In this document: positions 1 to 11,655 of the stretch, piece after piece
Position numbering within the stretch: position 1 is the stretch's first letter
Layout: each line of letters opens with the position of its first letter
The notes under the pieces: model-generated
What the model was told of the DNA's origin: nothing
The model's database searches: none
Seen by the model: only the letters and a program-made list of their open reading frames with translations
Made by a program: the position numbers and the translations under genes
Assembly (NCBI GenBank): GCA_963825865.1
Contig: CAWGVG010000027.1
Coordinates: 121,477 to 185,476 of the forward strand
DNA: 64,000 nt
Direction of reading: 5' to 3'
Source: an uncultured Nitrososphaeraceae archaeon
Lineage (GTDB): Archaea; Thermoproteota; Nitrososphaeria; Nitrososphaerales; Nitrososphaeraceae

Positions 1-678
1 TCTGATTGGTTTATACAGGGTTATTTGGAGTGATCTTAGGGATTCAAGACCTTTTGTAGCTAATAGTTTGGCTACAGTTCCAAGGTCACTGGAAACATTG
101 TAAGCATTTTCTAGTATCTTTCTATTGGACTTGTCACGTGTAAATGCTAATGCCAATGCATCCATAACAGTATAATCTGCAATACCGAGTCTTAGTGTCC
201 CCATTACGAATTTGATTATATATCTACTCTCGCGTGAAGTTGCATCGTTTAAAAGACTGCTGACAAGCCGCAGTTTGACTTCCTGTGAACCAGAGCCAAC
301 AGTCCTTGCGATCCTATCTAACGTTAAATATACTCTCTCAACAGTCATTTTATCTGAGAATAGAGTAGTTTGATTCTTTGACTTCATTACCTCACTAGCT
401 GTATCGCCAAGGTCGCCAGTTTTCCTGTAGACTTCTTCTACGGCTGCAACGGTTAATCCTGAGGAATAGGCAAGTATACGAATAGCCATTTTTTCTGCTA
501 AACCTAGTTCTATTCCTTCATAATCCGGGTAGAGCTTCCCTTGAATAAGGTATATTACTTTGTCAATACTGTCAGATGGTGTTATTTTCAAAAGAGAGAC
601 TAGGTAATCAGTAAGGGCAAGTCTACTGGATGTTTGCTCCATCTGTTCAAACGTATCTACAATAAGAGAGAAGTTCAA
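1..678 (-). CDS. lig: ATP-dependent DNA ligase, N-terminal part (runs off the window)
   Basis: Manual translation: TTG start at 678, then ...EQTSSRLALTDYL...YLIQGKLYPDYEGIELGLAEK...TGDLGDTA...GTLRLGIADYTVMDAL...AYNVSSDLG, the archaeal ligase DNA-binding domain. Confidence 0.93.
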   Translation of the reverse strand, partial: MNFSLIVDTFEQMEQTSSRLALTDYLVSLLKITPSDSIDKVIYLIQGKLYPDYEGIELGLAEKMAIRILAYSSGLTVAAVEEVYRKTGDLGDTASEVMKSKNQTTLFSDKMTVERVYLTLDRIARTVGSGSQEVKLRLVSSLLNDATSRESRYIIKFVMGTLRLGIADYTVMDALALAFTRDKSNRKILENAYNVSSDLGTVAKLLATKGLESLRSLQITLYKPIR

Positions 679-945
679 CGCTTGATTTTAAAACTAACGT
701 GCTTTAAGTTTTATCAAGCGATGAATAAGATGCTGATAAATTGCTTGAGCAATCTTAAGTTGTTGCAGTGTCTATTCAGGTTTAGTGACTTGAGATTTAT
801 TACTCTCCAGTACAAAAAATTACGTCGTTAAAACATCTACGATAGAAAGATACTGGTCATGATCACTTATGAGTAAATCTCTTTTAATACTTCATTCACA
901 CACGACCCATAACTTAAAAAATGGCATTAAGAGAGTACACATGAT

Positions 946-1279
946 ATGGGAGGCATGAAGAAAAAACCTGTAGGATCTTCAGACAAGACTGCTGCTGCTT
1001 TCTGATTCAACGGCTGATGTAAAATCAACAAAGGAAGATAGCAAGAAGACTGGATCAAAAACACAACAGAAACAAAAACTAGCGGTTCTCGTAGAAGAAT
1101 CACAGGGTATTAAAGCACTGCAGGGTATGAAGGCAATTACGATACATGCCTTTGCAAGAGCTGCTGGTGTAAAAATTTCTGTTGCTAATGCTTTTATCAA
1201 ATCCGTTGAGGCGAAAGGACTTGTAAAGAGTGTTGGCGGCAATAGTGGGCATAGAGTTTACAAATTAGCTAAACAGTAA
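946..1279 (+). CDS. rps25e: 30S ribosomal protein S25e-like (apparent 1-nt indel near 1000)
   Basis: MGGMKKKP..., then in another frame MKAITIHAFARAAGVKISVANAFIKSVEAKGLVKSVGGNSGHRVY (S25e wHTH); not in the ORF track. Confidence 0.75.
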
Positions 1280-1469
1280 CTAATAATGCAACCGGTATGC
1301 TAACCTCTTCCATAATAGTCGGAATAGTGTGCTTGAAAGGATCAAAGAATTATAAAATCTATAATAATAGTTAATCAATATCCTTCAATTTTTGAAAGAA
1401 AAAGAGAATTTCATATTATGTATTGTTTATCTATCTATCTATCGATTATGGCTACTAAATTAATTTATT

Positions 1470-1851
1470 TTATTTCCTTAGAAGTGCTACGTCTCCTGTC
1501 TGTGCAAATTCTATTAACTCTAAATTGGATTTAATTATCCCTATCGGATTCATAGGCATGACTATTGAATCTTTAATAAAAATACATAACGATCCATTAG
1601 CCGTCATATATGCAATATCGCCACGCTTAAACCGAGTTTGCTGTTTCTCTGCTCCTATCATTAATCCTGTTTCGATATAGGCGAATTTATCTGCAAACTT
1701 ATGAACTCTGTCCTGTAATGGCAGGCGTTTTAAAATTATTCTAACGCTCAATGGGGACAGATGACGAATAATTTCGCATTGAGCGAATCCCTTATTTGAT
1801 ATTTCTAAGATCACAGGGATCCTTGAAACTGTTCCACCTCCACCTTGACAT
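1470..1851 (-). CDS. Cyclophilin-like fold protein (DUF369-like)
   Basis: RHLSPLSVRIILKRLP...GAEKQQTRFKRGDIAYMTANGSLCIF...MNPIG; likely start near 1851 with an indel. Confidence 0.7.
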
Positions 1852-1964
1852 GGTTGCAATAGTATCAAAATAGAAGATAGAGTATATATAATGGAAACGT
1901 TTATTTCTATGAATTTAAAAATTCGCAACGTTTAATTATATATTTATTATCTTTTGCATTATTC

Positions 1965-2477
1965 TTGGTAGTAAAACATTCTTCTCATGAAAAACATATG
2001 CCAAAAAAATCCTCGCACATTAAAGAAAAGACTGCCAAGAAGGCGGAATCCAAGGCAAAAAGCACCAATCCTGGCAAATCTATGAAGAAACAATTAGAGA
2101 CTGAACAGATTTCTGATGATGATACTGCAAAAGCAGCATTACAAATTGACGAACCGATCAAGAAATCAAACCGGCCTGAAGATGAAGTAGTCATATATAA
2201 CGAAGTTGAATTTGAGCTTAAAGAAATTATTTCAAATGGAAACCAAGTTTTAATTGGCCCTCTAAGGCTTACAAGATTTGAGAGAGCTAGAATTACCGGT
2301 GCAAGATCATTACAGTTATCTTTAGGGGCTCCATCTTTGATTAGGGTTCCCAATGATGTGAGAGATTCTATCTCATTAGCAACAGTAGAACTCGATCTTA
2401 AAGCATTACCGATCTCCATTAGACGTATTTTACCAAATGGCCTTTATCAAGACATTCCAATAACTTTGTTAAAATAA
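1965..2477 (+). CDS. rpoK: DNA-directed RNA polymerase subunit Rpo6/K with N-terminal extension
   Basis: LTRFERARITGARSLQLSLGAP...ELDLKALPISIRRILPNG signature. Confidence 0.95.
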   Translation: MVVKHSSHEKHMPKKSSHIKEKTAKKAESKAKSTNPGKSMKKQLETEQISDDDTAKAALQIDEPIKKSNRPEDEVVIYNEVEFELKEIISNGNQVLIGPLRLTRFERARITGARSLQLSLGAPSLIRVPNDVRDSISLATVELDLKALPISIRRILPNGLYQDIPITLLK

Positions 2478-3118
2478 TAATGCATCTAACAACTAATATC
2501 TTATATTTCTTGGCGTCTACATTCATCAAAATAGCGGATCCTTACCATATCTATAAATAAAATAATCAAGGCGCCATCTTTCATGAAAGAGGAGATATTC
2601 ACCATGAAACATCAAATTCGCATCGATCTCACACTTTTAGATTGTAAAAAGTACGAAATCTTTTTTCTTCCTATTGCGGGCCACTGAAACTTTAGCTCTA
2701 CCATCTTTTTTTCTATCCTTCCATTTTATATCATTTCATTAAATGAATCTTGATTAACTGATTTTCCTTACTTTTGGTACCACATTTCAAAAATATGCTT
2801 CATCTTAGTTCCATTATCATTAACTTATATTGATGACCTGATTGAACAAGATCAAATGGAATTTGAAATTACTTCATAGATTCGTCTTCTTACTTTGTAT
2901 GTGTATGCCTATTTCTATTGCTTTAAAATTGCAACAACACACTTACAAATTCACAATTCTTCAAGGCTCAGTTAGATAATTAGTAATTCATTGTATATAT
3001 TTTTGTTTTTATAACAAAAAATTGTAGCTGAAGCATTCAACTTCTTTTCAATGTTACTATCTATTAGTAATATAATTTTTTTATAAATAGGGAATTAGAA
3101 GAAAAGACATAGTATAAT

Positions 3119-3159
3119 AATCACTTTTACAAGTATACAGTTACATATAATAAAGCAAT
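3119..3159 (+). promoter_or_regulatory. 41-bp upstream motif, copy 1 (copy 2 at 29027-29067)
   Basis: aatcacttttacaagtatacagttacatataataaagcaat, 38/41 identical to the second copy. Confidence 0.6.
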
Positions 3160-3247
3160 TATTTAATCATTAAAAAAATGCATGCAAATGAACATTAGTA
3201 CAAATAATGGTTCGACGTAAATAGATAGTTCCCAATCCGTCTTTGTA

Positions 3248-6200
3248 TTGAAAATAACAAAAGATCATTACAAAAAGAGAGGAATAGCTCTGTATGTAAT
3301 GGCTATGCTATTGCTGTCAGTTGTACTATTCAATCTAAATAATCCATCAATACCTCTGGTGTATGGTGATAAAGGTAACAATAATAATAATAACCATAAC
3401 AGCAACAATAAAGTAAAGAACCATTCATTAATCAATAGTATATCTGATCAAGTAGTTAATTCTAATGTAGGTACCAATAAAGGGCAAGTACAACTCAGTA
3501 CTTCAACAAATACAAACACAAATAGCTCTGACATCTGGTCAAGACAAGGCAACCAAAGCAATTAATCAAATAAATTCAATTATTGACTTAAACCCTAACG
3601 GTCCTTTATCGCAGTCATTATTATCTCTTGCAAAACAACAAGCAGCTGGTAACACAGATGCTGTCACAAAGGCCGCAGCACAAATTGCAGGAAAAGTGTC
3701 TAGTGGTGGTGATGATTTGGCACAACCATTATCATCACAAGATTTGGCACAACCATTATCATCACAAGATTTGGCACAACCATTATCATCACAAGATTTG
3801 GCACAACCATTATCATCACAAGATTTGGCACAACCATTATCATCACAAGATTTGGCACAACCATTATCATCACAAGATTTGGCACAACCATTATCATCAC
3901 AAGATTTGGCACAACCATTATCATCACAAGATTTGGCACAACCATTATCATCACAAGAAACAGGAACATCTTCTTCTACCTCCCCGTTATCATTTTTATC
4001 GCCAGGCGAAACAACATCAAATGAAAGTAGTGAACAACAACAAACTACCAATCAACCTAATACTAATCCTAGTAGCAGTAGTCAAGTTGTTTCCAATACT
4101 CCTAAACAACAAACAGTTACTCCTCAACAAACAGTTACTCCTCAACAAACAGTTACTCCTCAACAAACAGTTACTCCTCAACAAACAGTTACTCCTCAAC
4201 AAACAGTTACTCCTCAACAAACAGTTACTCCTCAACAAACAGTTACTCCTCAACAAACAGTTACTCCTCAACAAACAGTTACTCCTCAACAAACAGTTAC
4301 TCCTCAACAAACAGTTACTCCTCAACAAACAGTTACTCCTCAACAAACAGTTACTCCTCAACAAACAGTTACTCCTCAACAAACAGTTACTCCTCAACAA
4401 ACAGTTACTCCTCAACAAACAGTTACTCCTCAACAAACAGTTACTCCTCAACAAACAGTTACTCCTCAACAAACAGTTACTCCTCAACAAACAGTTACTC
4501 CTCAACAAACAGTTACTCCTCAACAAACAGTAGTTGACAAACGTCCAGTGGCTAATGCTGGGCATCCTGGTCCAGATCAAAATGTTAATGAAAGCTCTCT
4601 TGTTACGCTTGATGGAAGTGCAAGTTATGATCCAGATGGGAACCCACTGACCTATCTATGGACACAGACTGCTGGTCCTTCCGTTACGTTAAGTAATCCC
4701 ACTTCAGCCATAACTACATTTACAGCTCCACCACCCGGCTCGACTAATATCGCAGGACTTACGTTCCAATTGACAGTTAAAGACACAGCTGGTTTAACTG
4801 ATAGTGACTCAGTCCATATTACAGTAAATCATGTAACTCCACCACAACCAGTTGACAAACGTCCAGTGGCTAATGCTGGGCATCCTGGTCCAGATCAAAA
4901 TGTTAATGAGGGCTCTATTGTTACGCTTAATGGGAGTGCAAGTACTGACCCCGATATCGGTGATACATTAACATATTCATGGACACAGACTGCTGGTCCT
5001 TCCGTTACGTTAAGTAATCCCACTTCAGCCATAACTACATTTACAGCTCCACCACCCGGCTCGACTAATATCGCAGAACTTACGTTCCAATTGACAGTTA
5101 AAGACACAGCTGGTTTAACTGATAGTGACTCAGTCCATATTACAGTAAATCATGTAACTCCACCACAACCAGTTGACAAACGTCCAGTGGCTAATGCTGG
5201 GCATCCTGGTCCAGATCAAAATGTTAATGAGGGCTCTATTGTTACGCTTAATGGGAGTGCAAGTACTGACCCCGATGGGAACCCACTGACCTATCTATGG
5301 ACACAGACTGCTGGTCCTTCCGTTACGTTAAGTAATCCCACTTCAGCCATAACTACATTTACAGCTCCACCACCCGGCTCGACTAATATCGCAGGACTTA
5401 CGTTCCAATTGACAGTTAAAGACACAGCTGGTTTAACTGATAGTGACTCAGTCCATATTACAGTAAATCATGTAACTTCACAACAATCAGTCACTTCTCC
5501 ACAATCGCAATCAGTCACTTCTCCACAATCGCAATCAGTCACTTCTCCACAATCGCAATCAGTCACTTCTCCACAATCGCAATCAGTCACTTCTCCACAA
5601 TCGCAATCAGTCACTTCTCCACAATCGCAATCAGTCACTTCTCCACAATCGCAATCAGTCACTTCTCCACAATCGCAATCAGTCACTTCTCCACAATCGC
5701 AATCAGTCACTTCACCAGCTGCTATTGTTGGTCCGGACCAAACGGTCGACGAAGGCTCTGTTGTTAGACTTGATGGAAGTGCAAGTACTGATCCAGATAG
5801 AGGTGATACACTAACATATTCATGGACACAGACTCCTGGTCCTTCCGTTACGTTAAGTAATCCCACTTCAGCCGTAGTTACATTTACTGCTCCACCTGTA
5901 TCGACTAATACAGATGATGTTCTTCACATTGACAGTTAAAGACAAAGCAGGTTTAACTGATAGTGCCACTGTAAAAGTTACAATTAACCATGTAACTCAA
6001 ACACAACCATCAGCAGAAGTAAGCAACGGTAGAGATCCATTTGGAATAAAGGAAATTTACCAAACAAAGCAGGGAGGAGAAGAATGGTTCATGAATATGA
6101 ATAGTCCAACAAGCGACAGCAGGAATAATCCGCCACCTCTGACCAAGAATCCAGATGGTTCTTTCAAGGTTACGTCAAGTCAGGTAAGATGGGGTGTCTT

Positions 6201-6798
6201 TACTTCCTCTGGATATCATCCAGCCCAAATTGCTACTTATAATCAAAAGCAGTTAGTGCCACAAGGGTTTATGCAATCGCCTAACGATTGGAAGAATGTA
6301 GAAATGACTGGATACATAAAGGTAAATCAATTCTCTAGTTCTGATCTACCTTTTACATGGTATGCACGAGGAGGGAGAGACACTGATTCAGCACCATGTG
6401 AAGGAACTTCAATTAAAGGAAGATTAGCCATTGACGGAACAACAAATTTCGCGAAAGAACAATGGCATACAGGTGGATATTTTTCCACATTAGCTAAGCC
6501 TGCTACTGATGCTATAAACACAAAATGGATTGGATTCAAGACTGTAATATATAACATACAAGAGAATGGAAAAACAGTAGTAAAGATGGAAAACTGGATT
6601 GACAAGAACAATGATAATACCTGGGTAAAGATATCTGATTTTGTTGATAGAGGCGGATTTGGAAATCAAGGTGGACATTGTGGAGGAGATCCAGATCAAA
6701 TGATAACTTGGGGAGGTCCCGACGCAGTATTCAGATGGGATGGGCAGACTGATGTAGATGTCAAAAACTTGAGTGTAAGGGAAATTCAAGCTACTTAA
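3248..6798 (+). CDS. Large secreted/surface protein: signal anchor, S/T/Q/P-rich tandem repeats, four PKD/Ig-like domains, C-terminal putative carbohydrate-binding beta-domain (apparent indels near 3510 and 5925)
   Basis: ORFs 3248, 3696 and 5914 join. PVANAG..DQNVNEG..VTLDGSAS.DPDG..LTY.WTQTAGP PKD-type repeats; DPFGIKEIYQTKQGGEEWFM...WKNVEMTGY domain. Confidence 0.85.
3714..3956 (+). repeat. 9 x 27-bp perfect tandem repeat (DLAQPLSSQ)
   Basis: gatttggcacaaccattatcatcacaa x9. Confidence 0.97.
4107..4532 (+). repeat. 23 x 18-bp perfect tandem repeat (QQTVTP) plus a partial copy
   Basis: caacaaacagttactcct repeated. Confidence 0.97.
4533..5478 (+). repeat. Three near-identical ~318-321 bp PKD-domain units
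   Basis: Units start gttgacaaacgtccagtggct at 4533, 4851 and 5172. Confidence 0.95.
5484..5717 (+). repeat. 9 x 24-bp perfect tandem repeat (QSVTSPQS) plus a partial copy
   Basis: caatcagtcacttctccacaatcg repeated. Confidence 0.95.
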
Positions 6799-7442
6799 AG
6801 GAATGGCTAAAAATGTTTTAATATTTTATTTATTGGAATAAATAGATCTACAAAAAAGTAGTAGATACTTTCATTCTATAAAGCATTAACAGTTGAACTT
6901 AACTATGTATAAAGATGGAATGTCCAAAAAACATACTACAAATGATATGTCTTCCGTAGGGTAAGGATTAGATATAATATATTTCATATTTTAATGATTT
7001 ACTGTGCTATTGTTATGTAATTTTGTCTTGTTTTACATCTATTATATACAAGCATATTTCTTCCATCATCTTCAATATTTATAAATGTAGAAAACGCTAT
7101 AATCTAATAGATATAAACAACTATTGTTTATAACTGCCCAGTATAATGTGGCAGTTTCTAAAGTTACAACTGTTCATTATCAACATTTAGTATGGCCAAA
7201 TGGTTTTACTGATGAATAGTAACGTTGTCAAAGAAGTGTATATATAGAGAATTAATTACATTGTCAAACCTATTGAATAGAAAAATAAACAGGCTTATTA
7301 AGGTAAATATCTAATGTTAAAAAAGTTTATCTAATAAGAAAACAAATGAAATTCTGCAAGCGATTCTCTCGTTGTTATTGTATGTTAAAAATATAATAAC
7401 AATGTTCATAACTTCTGCTGTTATATTAATAGAACACAATAT

Positions 7443-8088
7443 ATGCATATGTACATTAAAGCACTTGGAAAAATTGCAAGCAGATATGCACCCAGCAGAG
7501 TCCTTTCATTTGATGCTGTACATGTGTTCAAGGCGTTACAGCTCATAGAAAATAAAGGACATGTGAGTAGGGCTTTATTATGTAAAGAATTATCACTTGG
7601 TGAAGGCGTTATCAAAACATTAGTAAAACATCTGAAAATGCAAGGTCTGATAGAATCTACAAAAAGTGGAACGCGGATGACACAAAAGGGAAGGACAATA
7701 TCTTTGCAACTATTTTCCTCAATTCCTGTGGAAACTAGTATACCAAAATGCTCTGTTGCACTGGGCGAATTCAATTATGTCGTTTTGCTGAAACAGTTTG
7801 GATTTGCCATCAAATCTGGAATAGAACAAAGGGATGCTGCCAATTAAAATGGGTGCGTTAGGTGCTACTACTTTATTGTTTAAAGATGATAAATTTGTAA
7901 TACCTAGCACAAAATATGACTCCTTGAGAAAGGAATTACATATAGCTGGATTATTAATTGAAAAACTAAATCCTGAAAACGGAGATGTCATAATAATAGG
8001 AAGCGCTACTGAAGATGAGAGAACAGCAGAACTTGCTGCGAAAAATGCCGCACTCTTAACTATGATGAACCATGAAAGGCATCTTTAA
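7443..8088 (+). CDS. wHTH + DUF4443-like protein (indel near 7840)
   Basis: SRALLCKELSLGEGVIKTLVKHLK HTH; SGIEQRDAAIKMGALGATTL motif spans the frameshift. Confidence 0.75.
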
Positions 8089-8114
8089 TTTTTTGAGTAT
8101 TATTTTGTTAAATT

Positions 8115-9934
8115 TCAGTTCTTGGCCTCATCTATATAGAATATTGTCTCATTTCTTTTTAATGCCGAACCAGAGATTAATTGCAATACCGAGTTTTGTA
8201 GTCTATCATCGTTTGGAGCGCCACCTTCAATATTTCCTCCTAATATGAGATACAGTCGAATATAGGAACCGAGAACATCTCCAAGTTCTTGGTTGACAGT
8301 AGCGGTGAATGGCCGTAAAGCCCCTCTAAAAACTTCTGATCTTGCTCTAACAGTACCTGAGATCTTCTTACCAACTGGTGCATCTGGGCCCACTATCACA
8401 ACTATTCCTTTGGTTCTTTTGAATTTAACAGGTTCTTCTATTGCTCTTTCCGGAGCCATTGCATTTACCGCTTCTCTTGTTATTAAACCCGGCATGTTGA
8501 TGAAATTATCAACCAATGAATCCCACTGTTGTCTTGTATAAGAAGAAAATAGCATATTATAGTCATAGTCACCTGTAAACTGGACTACTGCATCTATATT
8601 GCCAAACTTTGTTCTTACCGTGTTAAAAATTCTCTTTACACTTTCTTCGTCTGAGGGATTAAACGAATGGCTATGGAAATCCTTAAATTGTAACAGATCA
8701 TGTTGATTTTTGGTCAATATAACTGTCTGTTTAACGCCTGTTGAATTCAATGTTAGTGCGAGTTTCTGTACCCGAGCAAGATCTTTTTTTTCTGAAGAAG
8801 TAACTGTAATAACAACGACTTTGTCCTTTACATCTGGTGATGATGAACTGGTTTCTACAGATGTTCCTATGATCGGCTTGACTGGATAAAATACACGATC
8901 GTTTGGAATAACTCTACCGTTAATTAATTTGCTGATCTTTTCATCGCATAAATTCAAAACCATTTCAGCAACTTCTTCTTGGGTAAGAAATTCTCCATCA
9001 ACAATCATTTTGCTTGTATTGTTCTGTACTTTCTCTGCAATTTCTTGAATCGTAGTAAGCATTCCAGAAATTATTTTGTATAACCTTTCAATCTCTGAAG
9101 GAGATTCATCGTTGTTGTTGGATTTTGCTATTTCGGTTGCAATCTCATTTATTCCTTTTGTGATAATATTGTCAGGTTCACCTAACAAAGGAAGTGCTTT
9201 GATAGCAGCCTTTTCAATTTCAATCGATGTAAGCTCTGGGTAGCCACCAATTCTTAAGAATTCGGCAACTAGCCTTTGGATAAACTGTTTTGTAAATTCT
9301 ATCTGAATGGACTGGACCAGGATTCGTGGCTACTGACCGAATACCTCTTTCTACTAGTTCCCATGCTAATGCTTCTGCCAGCCTGTTCTTTGCTCCTTGT
9401 GCAGCGGTATAGGGAGTTCTAAATCTATATGGCCTTTGCTCATAACGATTTTCCTCTGTAAAGAATGTCGCAATTGTAATTATCTTGCTACCTGGTTCCA
9501 TTGCCTGTATACTCTGAATTGAAGTCCAGAAAGTTCCTGTAAGATGAATAGCTACACAATCTTTGAATTCGTTAAAATTGGCATTTGTAAATACCTTCAC
9601 TGGACCGGAAACACCTGGCATTATTTACAAGGATATCAACTTTACCGAATTCCTGTTTAATACTTTTGAACATTTCATTAACTCCTGTCTCATCAGATAC
9701 ATCAACTCCTGGAAAAGCTCGTACTATGCCTGAAACCCCATTATCTCTTATAATGCGATTTAGGATTTCAGAGGTTTGGTCTAAGGGTTCCTTTCTTCTA
9801 CCCATAATAATAATATTGGCGCCATTCTCAGCAAATTTTTTCGCAATTGCTTGGCCGATACCTGTCCCACTGCCTGTAATTACAACAATTTTATCGGTAA
9901 ATTTTAAAGAAGATTTCAGTTCACGATATTGCAT
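8115..9934 (-). CDS. Two-domain short-chain dehydrogenase/reductase, Mcr-C-like (indels near 9615 and 9270)
   Basis: TGSGTGIG Rossmann motif, DILVNNAG, YRFRTPY, NPGPVHSDRI, then a helical insert and a second degenerate SDR-like domain. Confidence 0.85.
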
Positions 9935-11655
9935 TTTAAATTAATCACTCAGCAAGTATTCAAACGTTGATTTAAATGATTTTATAGGGATATTAATATA
10001 TCACCGCTCTGTCTTGAATCATTTTATAATTGTTTTTTCTGTAATATTGTTAGCAAAATCATTTTCTAGATCTGCCACAAATATTTCTATTATATCTCTA
10101 TTTTCTTGAAAAATTTAGACAAATCAGTATCATTATTATTATGCAAACGACAGATTATGAAAGCGCGCTTATGTGGTAGAAATCAGCATATTTTTATTCT
10201 TATTCCCAGTATTTGTTTTGTTATCTATCACAAACACTTGCAATTTTTGTCTACTTTTAGCTTTTTTTTCACCAACAACCTCTAACCTTTCACTCGTCCC
10301 CTGTGTGTGAACTACTTTTACACCATGCTAATGGCGATGTAGGCCTTGCAGTATCTGTAAATTTTAAGTCGAGCACAAATTTCACCAGATGTGCAAGTGA
10401 AGCTAATAAGCTGTTTGATAAATGCTGGAATACACTTTTCAACAACGACAAGCGCGTAGGTTGGCCATATGGCAAAAAACACCCTCTATATTTTTTGAAG
10501 AAAAACCTCGGAGTAGCTTGCTACCAAGGTTTAGACAAATTATTGATAATTGCCATATAGTTACTGGTTAATGGTAACAAAAACTGATTTTTGATAAGTA
10601 AGTAAAGAATACGATACAGAGCTTTTAAATTTGTGTTATGCATTTATTTTTATTCATTTGGTTGTAATGAATGATGTCCCATCAATAGCAGGAATCCGAT
10701 GTCGAAGTCGAAACGTCTGGCTATATTAATTGTAAACATATCTGAAAACGGTGGTTAAAGATTTTAATGCAGTTGTATTTGAGTTAAATGAATCGGTAGT
10801 TGAATTTAATAAAAACGAAGATTGTAGTTTAATAACAATAAGAAATGGTTCGGCTGATCCACATTTAATAAAAATTAAAAGAGGAATGAAGGGAATGCTA
10901 TCCTTACTAAATTCGTCGATGACAAAAAGGTATAAGAACAATTCCCACTACAATTAAGAAAGTTGGTAAAAAGATCAGATTTTCTTCAAAGGTTTCCAAG
11001 GAAATCCAGCCAAGTTAGGCACATCATATCTTAATACATCTATAATGGGAAAGCTAGTAAAAGTTTGAAGAAATAAATCTAAAATCCAGATTTATTTGAT
11101 TGCGCTAACGAGGTGAAGAAGATAATACCACACCAGATTTAGACGATATCCTACTGGTGTATCAGAAATCGAATCAAATAAAAGAAATTCGGAATATGGG
11201 CATGAACATTCGTGGTTTAATACTCTATATATTTTGATATAAAAAAATGAAGGTAGAGTTAGAAACTTAGAAATATCAAATGCATGCAAAACCTATCAGA
11301 AAATTACAAAGACGAATTTCCATTTCTCATTTATTATGGGGAGATTAAGGAATTGTATTGCAAATTAGCATATTAGAATAGAATACTATTAGAATATCTT
11401 TTATTTTTATTATATATATATATATATATATTCATAGGAAAAAGAATTATCTCTTTTACTATATTGACTTCTATACTGATTTTTGTTCCTATTTCTGACA
11501 GTTAACAGCTATTGTTACTCTCTACAAGTTAACGTAATAGAAAGATGAATGTTAATTATTTTTATTATGTTAATTCTGATATAGTCATGATTTTACTCGT
11601 TGATTACGGTATTGTACCGACAACTTAATAAAAAACTTGCTATCGAATATTATCA

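Noticed and set aside
3714-5717. Tandem repeats as a CRISPR array
   Set aside because: No unique spacers, units are in-frame multiples of three inside a CDS, and no cas genes are present.
3566-5866. Alternative-frame repeat ORFs (KIWHNHYHH, NKQLLL, CDDNGCAKS, CLLRSN, CDCGEVTD) as metal-binding proteins
   Set aside because: These are by-products of stop-free repeats; only the S/T/Q/P frame connects to real domains.
10270-11290. Short ORFs on both strands as a possible system
   Set aside because: No recognisable motif in any frame I translated; probably decayed sequence.
11411-11431. (TA)n microsatellite
   Set aside because: Short, in AT-rich intergenic DNA, with no evidence of a phase-variation role.
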